A DNA stretch of 64,000 nucleotides from Sphaerochaetaceae bacterium (lineage in GTDB: Bacteria; Spirochaetota; Spirochaetia; Sphaerochaetales; Sphaerochaetaceae), in the NCBI GenBank assembly GCA_963606545.1, contig CAVCYP010000001.1:1613-65612 (forward strand), written 5' to 3'. The translations under genes and the position numbers were made by a program. Shown in pieces: positions 1 to 9,026 of the stretch (its first letter is position 1; each line of letters begins with the position of its first letter). The notes under the pieces are model-generated. The model was not told the DNA's origin. It searched no databases and saw only the letters and a list, made by a program, of their open reading frames with translations.

Positions 1-96
1 CCGTCCCTTACCAGTTCAACCAGTTTCATGATTATTCCTGGAGGCGGAATTGCTATTCTAATTTCTTGGCTTAAGTTTAAGAAGGCAAATAAATAA
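1..96 (+). CDS. 3' end of a CDS that begins upstream of the window; C-terminal hydrophobic anchor with a basic tail
   Basis: Frame 1 is open from nt 1 to TAA at 94-96 and reads ...PSLTSSTSFMIIPGGGIAILISWLKFKKANK*. A perfect hairpin follows. Only 31 codons are visible, so the product is unknown. Confidence 0.35.
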   Translation, partial: PSLTSSTSFMIIPGGGIAILISWLKFKKANK

Positions 97-125
97 GGTG
101 ATTTTGACCACGGTCAAAATCACCT
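96..125. terminator. Perfect 12-bp stem hairpin between convergent genes; likely bidirectional terminator
   Basis: aggtgattttga / tcaaaatcacct with loop ccacgg. On the minus strand it is followed by tatttattt. It lies between the partial plus-strand CDS (stop 94-96) and the minus-strand CDS ending at 161. Confidence 0.5.
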
Positions 126-136
126 AAAATATCGGG

Positions 137-164
137 TTAGCTTGAGATTTAGCTTGAGATTTAG
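137..164. repeat. 12-bp tandem duplication (ttagcttgagat x2, plus partial ttag)
   Basis: Direct reading: 137-148 is identical to 149-160. The next copy starts with the TAA stop (161-163, minus strand) of the adjacent CDS. Confidence 0.9.
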
Positions 165-811
165 TTGGTGGAGATGGTGGCAAGCAGGCCCATGTTGTAG
201 GTCTGGGCGGCGTTCATGGCGAACGAGACAGTGAAGAGGTCTTCTTCAACCAAGACGACGTCAAGTACAAAGAGGCCTACACCGGAAACAACAAGGGAGA
301 TGGCACTGGCGGCGTAGAGGCAGTCGGAGATGTCTCCTTTGGTGAGGGCGCCTCCAACGACAAAGCCAAGGCTGGAAACGAGGCTTCCAATTGTGACGTT
401 GCTCCAGGTTCTGCGGCTCTTTTGGAAGGTTAAGTAGTCTGCGGCAAGGTCAGTGCGACCAATTAAGTTGTAGAACTGGTCTTTGGAGATTTCTATTGAG
501 CCCTGGTATGGAGTCCAGTTAACTTTAGTCTCGGTATAAACATAGCTTGGGCCATTGAAGTAAAAATCTATTGGGCTTGAGTAGCCGTAAGCCGAATAAT
601 TCCAGAGGTTAGTATAAACGTTGGTGTTTTCGCTGGTCTGGATGAAGAGGGCCTTGTTTGTGAAGTTATTGACCGCAGCTGTGGACAAATTATTCGCCGC
701 GCCATCAACAGCGACATCAGTAGAGCTACCAGCGGAACTACCAGCAGAGGTGTCAGCAAAGGCAAAGCTGCAGACCATTAAAATAAGAAGGGAAACTAAA
801 ACTTTCTTCAT
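161..811 (-). CDS. Hypothetical secreted/membrane protein (signal peptide, C-terminal hydrophobic segments)
   Basis: 216-aa ORF. The N-terminus MKKVLVSLLILMVCSFAFA is a signal peptide, and GGAG lies upstream (ctcc at 818-821). Two hydrophobic stretches sit near the C-terminus. No family recognised. Confidence 0.6.
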   Translation of the reverse strand: MKKVLVSLLILMVCSFAFADTSAGSSAGSSTDVAVDGAANNLSTAAVNNFTNKALFIQTSENTNVYTNLWNYSAYGYSSPIDFYFNGPSYVYTETKVNWTPYQGSIEISKDQFYNLIGRTDLAADYLTFQKSRRTWSNVTIGSLVSSLGFVVGGALTKGDISDCLYAASAISLVVSGVGLFVLDVVLVEEDLFTVSFAMNAAQTYNMGLLATISTN

Positions 812-883
812 AGAAATCTCCTATCTGTAACCTGTTAGCGACTGTATCATTTTTAGCCAGTTCTTTCTATAACTTTCTATAAC

Positions 884-2107
884 TCATTCGTGGAGCTTTC
901 TGTACTCGCGTGGGGAGGAGCCTACGTAGTTCTTAAAGACGCGGGAAAAGTGGCTGGAGGAAGAAAATCCAAGATACAGACCAATGGAAGTCAGGGATTT
1001 GTCGCTGTAGCGCAAGAGACGTTTGGCCTCCTCCGTTTTTTGCTTGAGGATGAAATCGGTCAGGTTTTCGCCGGTTTCTGCTTTAAATTTTCTGGATAGA
1101 TAGGGACGACTTAAGCAAACTACTGAGGCAATTTCTTCAACGGTACAGGCTTCTGACATGTGATGTTGAAGGTAATTTGAAACTGCAACTACAAGACTGG
1201 TAGGCTTTGCACCTAGGCGCAGACGAGCAACCCGCTCCGTGTAGTCTGAAATCATTCGATACTGTAGGTTGTTTATCTCCATTGGGGAAGACATAAGCTC
1301 ACACTGCTGAATGTAGGAATCGCTGATGGCAAAGGCATCATCAACATCTAGACCGCCCCTAATGGCCGCACGCGAGGCAAGAGTTGCAGAGACAATGAAC
1401 ATATTTTTTCTCTGTCTGAGTTGCTCAAAAGCCAAGACGCCACCCCTAACAGCAGGAGCCTGAGAAACCCAATCTTTTAGAGCTACAGTATCTCCTTTGC
1501 GGATAATACGCATAATGGATTCTTCTAAATCAAAAGTGTTGTGTAGACTCTGGCCTTGGCTGGACCTAGCTTCCAGCTTATAAGAAGTCTCCGCCTTGCT
1601 CTGAAGCTCAATCAATTTCTCCTGGTCCTTCTCGTAAATACTTATGTCTTTAAGAGATAACTTTTCTCCATTTAAAACATGATTTATTGTGCACAAGATT
1701 TGCAAAATACTTTCAAACGGCATACGAACAATACTTTTCATGCCCGAAACAAAGTCAGAAAGATCCATTTCCTTCACATCCAAAGCAAAAGCCAGATCCC
1801 GCAGCTCTTGGTCTTTCTCCGCAATTTGCCTAGACGGACCAATGACAATCTTAACCTCCTGCGGCACCTCCTGACAGCCTTCCACCGTTGCATTCACAAT
1901 CCCATAATAATGAAACGTGGAAGTCATCACATAGCCCACATGAGACTTCACCTCAAAAGCCTCTGACTTACACACCGCCATAGGGTCCTTTGGCAGCTCA
2001 GCCAGCGAATAATAGAACACCAAGCTCCCATTTTCATACAACCGGATAGGCACTCCAGCAAGATTTCCAATTGTCCTGCACAAATACCTTAAATCAATCT
2101 CCGCCAT
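884..2107 (-). CDS. AraC/XylS-family transcriptional regulator
   Basis: 407-aa ORF. The C-terminal AraC HTH signature reads ...LTSIGLYLGFSSSSHFSRVFKNYVGSSPREYRK. It is divergent from the rhamnoside/rhamnose operon. Confidence 0.85.
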   Translation of the reverse strand: MAEIDLRYLCRTIGNLAGVPIRLYENGSLVFYYSLAELPKDPMAVCKSEAFEVKSHVGYVMTSTFHYYGIVNATVEGCQEVPQEVKIVIGPSRQIAEKDQELRDLAFALDVKEMDLSDFVSGMKSIVRMPFESILQILCTINHVLNGEKLSLKDISIYEKDQEKLIELQSKAETSYKLEARSSQGQSLHNTFDLEESIMRIIRKGDTVALKDWVSQAPAVRGGVLAFEQLRQRKNMFIVSATLASRAAIRGGLDVDDAFAISDSYIQQCELMSSPMEINNLQYRMISDYTERVARLRLGAKPTSLVVAVSNYLQHHMSEACTVEEIASVVCLSRPYLSRKFKAETGENLTDFILKQKTEEAKRLLRYSDKSLTSIGLYLGFSSSSHFSRVFKNYVGSSPREYRKLHE

Positions 2108-2165
2108 CTGAACCGGCCCCCTTAAACCATGCTTTGGTTACCATTATACAAAAATAGTAACAAAA

Positions 2166-3302
2166 ATGAAAGTTTTCCCAATCAGCACAAACTATACTGA
2201 ACCAAAATGGAGGCATAATATGAAAGGGCGCACTCTCTTCCACCACACCTATTTACAAAGCAAAATCACAACAGACCGCGTCACCGCCAAAGAAAAATGG
2301 CTAGGTTACCTCTTAGGCCCAGCCGGCGCCCTCCTCTTGAACGCCGTACTTGGCACCTACCTGAACGTCTACTATACCGATGTTCTTAAGCTCACAGGTC
2401 GCTGGGGTGGCCCATACGCAAGACCGGTCAAAATGCCCCACAAGTACAAGAAATATCTGGTCAACCGAGGCCAAAGCTACGGCGAGTGGGCGGAACCTCA
2501 AGACATCTACACCATGAACTTCATGGACTTTGCCGGTCCGCACCCAGAAGTCTCTACCGCCTACACCGCCTACGTCATGTCCCTTATGGCAGAAATTGCA
2601 CAACTTCTTGGCAAGACAGAAGATATCGGGCTGTATGAAGAGTACGCAAACGGCTGCCGGGACACCTATTCGCACCTGGTTCAGACGCCCGCTTTCACGC
2701 TGGATACGGACCGCCAGGCTCAGTTGGTGCGCCCGCTGGCCTTCAAGCTGCTTACCCCAGAGCAGACGGATTTCGCAAAAAAGCGCCTCCTTCAAGCTCT
2801 GGACAACTACGGTTGGCGGCTTGGAACCGGCTTCCTCTCTACCCCGATAATCCTTGATGTCCTGTCCCAAATAGATCTCAAATACGCCTATAAACTTCTT
2901 GAAAACGAAGAGATGCCAGGCTGGCTTTTCATGCCAAAGAACGGCGCCACAACAATTTGGGAGTCTTGGGAAGGCGACAAAGCCAAGGGAAGTGGAGTGG
3001 CATCGCTTAACCACTACTCAAAGGGCGCCGTCTGTCGCTGGCTTTTTGATACCATGTGTGGAATAATTGTGAAAAGCGAGAATACTTTTGAAATCAAGCC
3101 TCAGCCAGGTGGCAATTTCACCCATGCAAAAGCTGTCTATAAAAGCATTTATGGTGAAATTTCATGTAGCTGGGAGAGGACTTCAACTGGCTATTCCTAC
3201 ACAGTGAATGTGCCAGCTAACTGCACAGCACAGGTGTTTTTGCCAAACGGCTTTACTACAACACAGGGCCCTGGAACAAAGACCTATACGGAGGAGATAT
3301 GA
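2166..3302 (+). pseudogene. Chimeric ORF: N-terminal ~80 aa of a GPH/MFS glycoside symporter fused to the C-terminal ~290 aa of a GH78 alpha-L-rhamnosidase (probable deletion remnant)
   Basis: TAKEKWLGYLLGPAGALLLNAVLGTYLNVYYTDVLKLTG resembles the first TM segment of a GPH symporter. From YGEWAEPQD through TTIWESWEG and SLNHYSKGAVCRWLF it resembles the end of the GH78 catalytic domain plus the C-terminal domain. Full-length GH78 enzymes are 2-3 times longer. Confidence 0.6.
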
Positions 3303-4138
3303 ACAGTTTAGGAAAGAAAGTAACAATTTTAATTCTGGTTTTTGCCGTCTTAATGACGCTCTTTGCATTTTTTGATTTAGACATTTCCCTCGCATTGGTG
3401 AACACGGAAAGCGCCTTTGGAAAGTTTGCACAATGGGCAAGCGAAATTCCAATTGATTTTCTTATGATGATGTCTTTTGCAATTCTCTTTACAGGACGTT
3501 CTGAAAAAAAGACCTTTTGGAGTGTTTTGGGAGCTGTAATCTGCTTCATAGGCACCTTTGAATATGCCTTTTTCATCTTTTTCTTCTCTGTTAAGTACTA
3601 CAGTACCAAGCTTGCGCTCATCTTGGGGGCAAGTGTTGGTGTGCTAATGGGAATTGGTGCTTTATTTCTTGCAAAGCAAATGATTAAAACTCATAAATCA
3701 GAGCTGATTAAGGCCGCCCTAATCATTGTACTTGCAGTTTTAATGGAAGAAGCCTTTGTGAACGTGCTGAAAATTGTCTGGAGCCGTCCAAGAATGCGCG
3801 ACCTAACAGAACCATACATAAGCTCCTTTGTACGCTGGTACAAGCCCAACTCCTCCAGCCTTGGAGGAGACTCCTTCCCTTCCGGCCACACGGCAAAGGC
3901 AGCGGGCGCCTGTTTCTGCATGCTTCTCTGCAGTGTTTACCAGAAGCTCAAAGGCAAAGGCGTCTTCTTCTTCCTTGCCGGCCTCATCTGGACAGTGATA
4001 ATTGGTTTAGGCCGAATTATCTTAGCCGCCCATTTTGCATCGGATGTAACAGCTGGTGCATTTTTCATGTTGCTGGCTTTTTGTATTTCGCAGGCTTTGG
4101 TTAATGGCATTATTTATAAGCAAAAGGAAAACAAATGA
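3299..4138 (+). CDS. PAP2-superfamily membrane phosphatase
   Basis: 279 aa and multi-TM. All three PAP2 motifs are present: KIVWSRPRM, FPSGHTA and AAHFASDV. ATGA overlaps link it to both neighbours (3299-3302 and 4135-4138). Confidence 0.8.
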   Translation: MNSLGKKVTILILVFAVLMTLFAFFDLDISLALVNTESAFGKFAQWASEIPIDFLMMMSFAILFTGRSEKKTFWSVLGAVICFIGTFEYAFFIFFFSVKYYSTKLALILGASVGVLMGIGALFLAKQMIKTHKSELIKAALIIVLAVLMEEAFVNVLKIVWSRPRMRDLTEPYISSFVRWYKPNSSSLGGDSFPSGHTAKAAGACFCMLLCSVYQKLKGKGVFFFLAGLIWTVIIGLGRIILAAHFASDVTAGAFFMLLAFCISQALVNGIIYKQKENK

Positions 4139-6501
4139 GCAAGCTTGAAGATATCATTAAAAGCATGCGTCTCAAGGAAAAGATTGCCTTTTGCAGTGGA
4201 GCAAATTTTTGGCAGACAAAAAGTTATGAGAAGTATCGGGTTCCAGCGCTCTTCATGTGCGACGGCCCCCACGGGCTGAGAAAGCAGGAAAATACGGCGG
4301 ATATGTTGGGCGTTCACAAGTCAAGAAAGGCCACCTGCTTTCCTTCTGAAGTGACCACGGCCAGTAGCTGGGATGTGGAGCTGGTGGAAAGCGTGGGAGC
4401 AGCCATTGGCCAGGAAGCAAAGGATCAAAAGGTTGGTCTAGTTTTGGGGCCTGGGGCAAATATCAAGAGAAATCCGCTTTGTGGACGCAATTTTGAATAC
4501 TTCAGCGAAGATCCGTACCTAGCGGGCAAGCTAGCTGCGGGCTTCATCAGGGGTATTGAGGCGCAGGGCGTTGGATCTAGTTTGAAACATTTTGCTGCAA
4601 ATTCGCAGGAGCTTTCTAGGTTCACGTCAAACGGTATAATTGATGAAAGGACTCTTAATGAGCTCTATCTGCCGGCGTTTGAAACTGCGGTGAAAGAAGG
4701 AAAGCCTTCTACCGTAATGTGTTCCTATCCAAAGATTAACACAGTTCATAGCTCGGATAACCAGGAGCTTTTGACCACCATTTTACGCGACAAATGGGGC
4801 TTTGAAGGCCTAGTAGTCACGGACTGGGGAGCAATGAACAACCGCATTAAGGGCTTTGAAGCGGGTTGTGACCTGAGCATGCCAGGCGGTAGTAGCTACA
4901 TGGAAAAAGACGTTCTAAATGCGGTAAAATCCGGCGAACTTTCAGAGTCTAAGATTGATGAAAGCGTGCGACGTATTTTGCAACTTGTTTTGAAGGCACA
5001 AGATACGCTTAGTGCTGATTACAAAGCAGATTACAAAGCTCATCATAAGATTGCAAAGAAGGCAGCCACAGAAGGAGCTGTGCTACTCAAAAATAATGAT
5101 GAAATTTTGCCACTTAAATCTGAAACTAAGCTTGCGGTCATTGGCTGGATGGCCAATAACATGCGCTATCAGGGCGCTGGCTCCAGCCACATAAATCCAA
5201 CTGAAGTTTCACAGCCACTGGATTATATTAAAGAGATTGCCTCTTCAACTGTATTTGCCCAAGGTTGCGATGCAAAGGGAAATACAACAGACCAGCTATT
5301 ACAAGAAGTTAGCTCAGTTGCATCAAAGGCTGAAGTCACCGTTGTTTTTGCAGGCCTGCCGGATTCCTACGAATCTGAGGGTTTTGACAGAACTTCCATG
5401 AAAATGCCTGAAGGCCACATAAAAATGATTGAAGCTGCGGTCAAGGCAAATCCAAACACCATTGTAGTTCTAATGTGTGGTTCAGTGGTCGAATGTCCTT
5501 GGGCAGATTCCGTTAAAGGGCTGCTTTACCTGGGGCTTCCCGGCCAAGCCGGCGGAGAAGCAATTGCAGATTTGTTATATGGCAAAGCAAACCCTTGCGG
5601 AAAACTTGCAGAAAGCTGGCCTTTTAAATACGAAGACGTCCCCTCCTCTGAAATCTATGATAAGACAACCGATGCTCTTTATCAGGAAGGCCTCTATGTT
5701 GGCTACCGCTACTACGACAAAGCGAAAGTGCAAGTTCGTTGGCCATTTGGCTACGGGTTAAGCTATACCTCCTTTGAGTATTCTGATTTAAAAGTATCTG
5801 CTTCTGAAGTCTCCGTTGCCATTACAAATAACGGCTCCGTTGCCGGAAAAGAGGTGGTTCAGTTGTTTGTGAGAGCACCAGAGACTGGGACACAAGCTAG
5901 AGTTCACAGACCCATCAGAGAGCTCAAAGGCTTTAAGAAGGTTTACTTAGAGCCAGGTCAGAGCACGACTGTTAACTTCAAACTCAACGACAGAAGCTTT
6001 GCAATTTGGAATGGCAACTGGGTTGTTCCAGGTGGAGAATACCAGATAGAAATTGGAGATTTACAGGAAAAAGTTCAGCTTGAAGGCAATTTTAAGCCTA
6101 ATTATGATTCAAGTTCCAATATAGATTTCCCAACTTGGTATGATACTTGTCAAGGCAAACCAAACTTAAAAGATTGGGAAAAACTTATAGGAAAGCCCTA
6201 TACTCCTCCTGTTTTAAAGAAAGGTCAGTTCACCATGGACAACACGGTCCTGGAAATGAAAGACTATAGCTTTATTATGAAGATTATGTATAAAGCAACT
6301 GAAAAAGTTATAGCCAAAGGTTTTGAAGGCAAACCAGATTATGATAACCCAGAGTTTAAAATGCTAATGACCTCCTCTGTTGGAGCACCACTTAGAAGCA
6401 TGCAAATTTCAGGCGGAATTAAAGATGGGGTCTTCCAAGGTATGCTGGATATGGCCAATGGACATTTCTTCAAGGGCCTTTGGAAAATGATCAAAGGATG
6501 A
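4135..6501 (+). CDS. Glycoside hydrolase family 3 beta-glucosidase (BglX-like)
   Basis: 788 aa. GH3 hallmarks present: LKHFAANSQE, GLVVTDWGAM (nucleophile Asp context) and a C-terminal fibronectin-like region. Confidence 0.9.
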   Translation: MSKLEDIIKSMRLKEKIAFCSGANFWQTKSYEKYRVPALFMCDGPHGLRKQENTADMLGVHKSRKATCFPSEVTTASSWDVELVESVGAAIGQEAKDQKVGLVLGPGANIKRNPLCGRNFEYFSEDPYLAGKLAAGFIRGIEAQGVGSSLKHFAANSQELSRFTSNGIIDERTLNELYLPAFETAVKEGKPSTVMCSYPKINTVHSSDNQELLTTILRDKWGFEGLVVTDWGAMNNRIKGFEAGCDLSMPGGSSYMEKDVLNAVKSGELSESKIDESVRRILQLVLKAQDTLSADYKADYKAHHKIAKKAATEGAVLLKNNDEILPLKSETKLAVIGWMANNMRYQGAGSSHINPTEVSQPLDYIKEIASSTVFAQGCDAKGNTTDQLLQEVSSVASKAEVTVVFAGLPDSYESEGFDRTSMKMPEGHIKMIEAAVKANPNTIVVLMCGSVVECPWADSVKGLLYLGLPGQAGGEAIADLLYGKANPCGKLAESWPFKYEDVPSSEIYDKTTDALYQEGLYVGYRYYDKAKVQVRWPFGYGLSYTSFEYSDLKVSASEVSVAITNNGSVAGKEVVQLFVRAPETGTQARVHRPIRELKGFKKVYLEPGQSTTVNFKLNDRSFAIWNGNWVVPGGEYQIEIGDLQEKVQLEGNFKPNYDSSSNIDFPTWYDTCQGKPNLKDWEKLIGKPYTPPVLKKGQFTMDNTVLEMKDYSFIMKIMYKATEKVIAKGFEGKPDYDNPEFKMLMTSSVGAPLRSMQISGGIKDGVFQGMLDMANGHFFKGLWKMIKG

Positions 6502-6504
6502 TTT

Positions 6505-7779
6505 ATGAAATATTACTTAGCAATTGATATTGGAGCCTCCTCAGGAAGGCACATTGTTGGCTGGAAAGAAAAAGGTGAGCTCAAAACCAAAGAAGTTTAC
6601 CGCTTTCCAAACAGTATGAGAGAACAAGAAGGACATCTGACTTGGGATTTGGACGCACTGCTTTCCAATGTGAAAGATGGCATTACAAAAGCTAGAATCC
6701 AGTTTCCAAAAATAGAAAGTCTTTCCATTGACACCTGGGGTGTGGACTATGTTCTTCTAAAAGAAGATAAAGAGGTTCTACCCTGCTATGCCTATAGAGA
6801 CAATCGCACTTTGGAAAATATTCCTGCGTTACATAAGCTGGTTCCCTTCTCTACGTTATACAGCCACACTGGCTGTCAATTTCAGCCCTTCAACTCCATC
6901 TATCAGCTTTATACAGACAAGCTTGAAGGCCGATTAAAGGAGGTTACAAACTTCTTAATGCTTCCAGAGTTCCTACTTTGGAAGCTTTGTGGTATTAAAG
7001 TAAAAGAATTCACCAATGCCACCACCACAGGTCTTGTGAAGGCTGAAACAGGTGAATTTGATAAAGAGATCATTGAAAAACTGGGCCTTCCGGTAGAGCT
7101 TTTTCCAAAGCTCACGCCTGCTGGAAAAGTCATTGGAAAATATGAAGATATCAAAGTAGTCCTTTGTGCCACTCATGACACGGCTAGTGCCGTAGAAGGC
7201 ATTCCAATGGAGGACAACAGTCCCTATATTTCCTCTGGAACCTGGTCACTTTTGGGGGTCAAGACTCCAAAGCCAATTACAGATATCAACAGCCAAGAGG
7301 CTAACTACTCCAATGAAGGAGGCCTTGGGTATAATAGGTATCAGAAAAATATTATGGGGATGTGGCTGATAAACGAGCTACAAAAAGAGCTATGTAGAGG
7401 GCTGGGGTTCTCTGGAATTGTGCAGGCGGCGCAGGAAAGCACGACACAGGCGCTGGTGGATGCAAATTCAGAGGATTTTTTGGCGCCAGCGAGCATGAAA
7501 GAGGCGTTTGACAAGGCTACGGGAAACAGCTTGGTCTCAATTGGCGACTACTTTAAGTGCGCTTATAGGAGTTTGGCGCTTTCCTACAAGGTGGCGTTGG
7601 AGGAACTTGAGAAAAATACTGGCACTCAATACAAAAAGCTATATATCGTAGGTGGTGGCGCAAAGAATCAGTATCTTAATGAGCTGACAGCAGAGATGAC
7701 AAAAAAAGAAGTAATTGCCCTTCCAATTGAGGCAACCGCAATAGGTAATTTAAAAGTACAAATGGAGATAGAAAAATGA
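6505..7779 (+). CDS. rhaB: Rhamnulokinase (FGGY carbohydrate kinase)
   Basis: 424 aa. FGGY N-terminus AIDIGASSGRHIVG. It sits immediately upstream of rhaA and overlaps it (ATGA at 7776-7779). Confidence 0.8.
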   Translation: MKYYLAIDIGASSGRHIVGWKEKGELKTKEVYRFPNSMREQEGHLTWDLDALLSNVKDGITKARIQFPKIESLSIDTWGVDYVLLKEDKEVLPCYAYRDNRTLENIPALHKLVPFSTLYSHTGCQFQPFNSIYQLYTDKLEGRLKEVTNFLMLPEFLLWKLCGIKVKEFTNATTTGLVKAETGEFDKEIIEKLGLPVELFPKLTPAGKVIGKYEDIKVVLCATHDTASAVEGIPMEDNSPYISSGTWSLLGVKTPKPITDINSQEANYSNEGGLGYNRYQKNIMGMWLINELQKELCRGLGFSGIVQAAQESTTQALVDANSEDFLAPASMKEAFDKATGNSLVSIGDYFKCAYRSLALSYKVALEELEKNTGTQYKKLYIVGGGAKNQYLNELTAEMTKKEVIALPIEATAIGNLKVQMEIEK

Positions 7780-9026
7780 ATTATTCTGAAGCAAAAGCAA
7801 AGTATGAAGCTCTTGGAGTGGACGTAGAGAAAGCTTTGAGCACTTTGAAAGCTGCCCCAGTGTCCCTTCACTGCTGGCAGGGAGATGACGTCAGGGGTTT
7901 TGACACAGACCCAAGCAAGCCACTAACTGGTGGTATCCAGACCACAGGAAACTACCCTGGCCGGGCCCGCACCCCGCAGGAGCTGATGGCAGACCTTGAA
8001 GAAGTCTTAAAACTCTGTCCTGGAACAAAAAAACTCAACCTTCATGCCTCCTACGCCATCTTTGAAGAAGGCCAGTGGGTAGACCGCAACAAGCTTGAAC
8101 CCAAGCACTTTGCCCCGTGGGTAGAGTTCTGTAAAAAGCACAATCTTGGTGCTGACTTCAACCCAACCTTCTTCTCGCACCCAATGTGCGACCCTCTGAC
8201 CCTTTCCAGCCCAAATCCCAAGACGCGCGCTTTTTGGATTGAGCACGGAAAAGCCTGCGTGCGAATTTCCCAGTATCTAGCCACTGAACTTGGCCAACCT
8301 TGCACCATGAACATCTGGACCGGCGATGGCTTTAAGGACATCCCCGCCGACAGACTTGGACCTAGAATGCGTTACAAAAAGTCCATTGACGAGATTCTCT
8401 CTGAACCGTACGACTTCAACAAAGTCAAACCTTGCATTGAAAGCAAAGTCTTTGGCATTGGCGTAGAAAGCTATACCGTTGGCAGCGCAGAATTTGCACT
8501 AAGCTATGCCGCTATGAATAGCAGTAAGTGCATCCCACTGATGGACAACGGCCACTACCACCCAACAGAAGTCGTCAGCGACAAAATCCCCGCCCTCCTT
8601 ACCTTCTTCCCAGAGATTGCACTGCACATCACCCGCCCAGTCCGATGGGATAGTGACCACGTAGTTCTCTATGACGATGAAACCAAAGAACTCTGTAAAG
8701 AAATTGTTCGTTGCGGAGGCCTTGAGGGTAGAGTTCACATGGCCCTGGATTACTTTGACGCCTCAGTCAACAGAATTGCAGCTTGGGTTACAGGCTTCAG
8801 AAATGTTCAAAAGGCCTTGCTCAATGCCTTATTAACACCTTCTTTGGTTTCTGCGCAGGATGCGGGAGATTTTACCACCTTATTGGTTGCACAGGAAGAA
8901 CTTAAAACTCTTCCATTTGGCGAAATTTGGGCAGAATACTGCAGACGTTGCAACGTTCCAGAAGATGGCACTTGGCTTAGCCTTGTCAGGGACTATGAAA
9001 ATAAAGTTTTAAAGGAAAGAGTATGA
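7776..9026 (+). CDS. rhaA: L-rhamnose isomerase
   Basis: 416 aa. Long collinear similarity to E. coli RhaA from memory: HCWQGDDVRGF, TGGIQTTGNYPG, FGIGVESYTVGS, RPVRWDSDHVVL and DYFDASVNRIAAWV. Confidence 0.95.
   Translation: MNYSEAKAKYEALGVDVEKALSTLKAAPVSLHCWQGDDVRGFDTDPSKPLTGGIQTTGNYPGRARTPQELMADLEEVLKLCPGTKKLNLHASYAIFEEGQWVDRNKLEPKHFAPWVEFCKKHNLGADFNPTFFSHPMCDPLTLSSPNPKTRAFWIEHGKACVRISQYLATELGQPCTMNIWTGDGFKDIPADRLGPRMRYKKSIDEILSEPYDFNKVKPCIESKVFGIGVESYTVGSAEFALSYAAMNSSKCIPLMDNGHYHPTEVVSDKIPALLTFFPEIALHITRPVRWDSDHVVLYDDETKELCKEIVRCGGLEGRVHMALDYFDASVNRIAAWVTGFRNVQKALLNALLTPSLVSAQDAGDFTTLLVAQEELKTLPFGEIWAEYCRRCNVPEDGTWLSLVRDYENKVLKERV

Noticed and set aside
2313-3014. 233-aa ORF antisense to the GH78-like region
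   Set aside because: It lies entirely inside, and opposite, a frame with clear GH78 similarity. The sequence is low-complexity with no motifs. This is a typical antisense shadow ORF.
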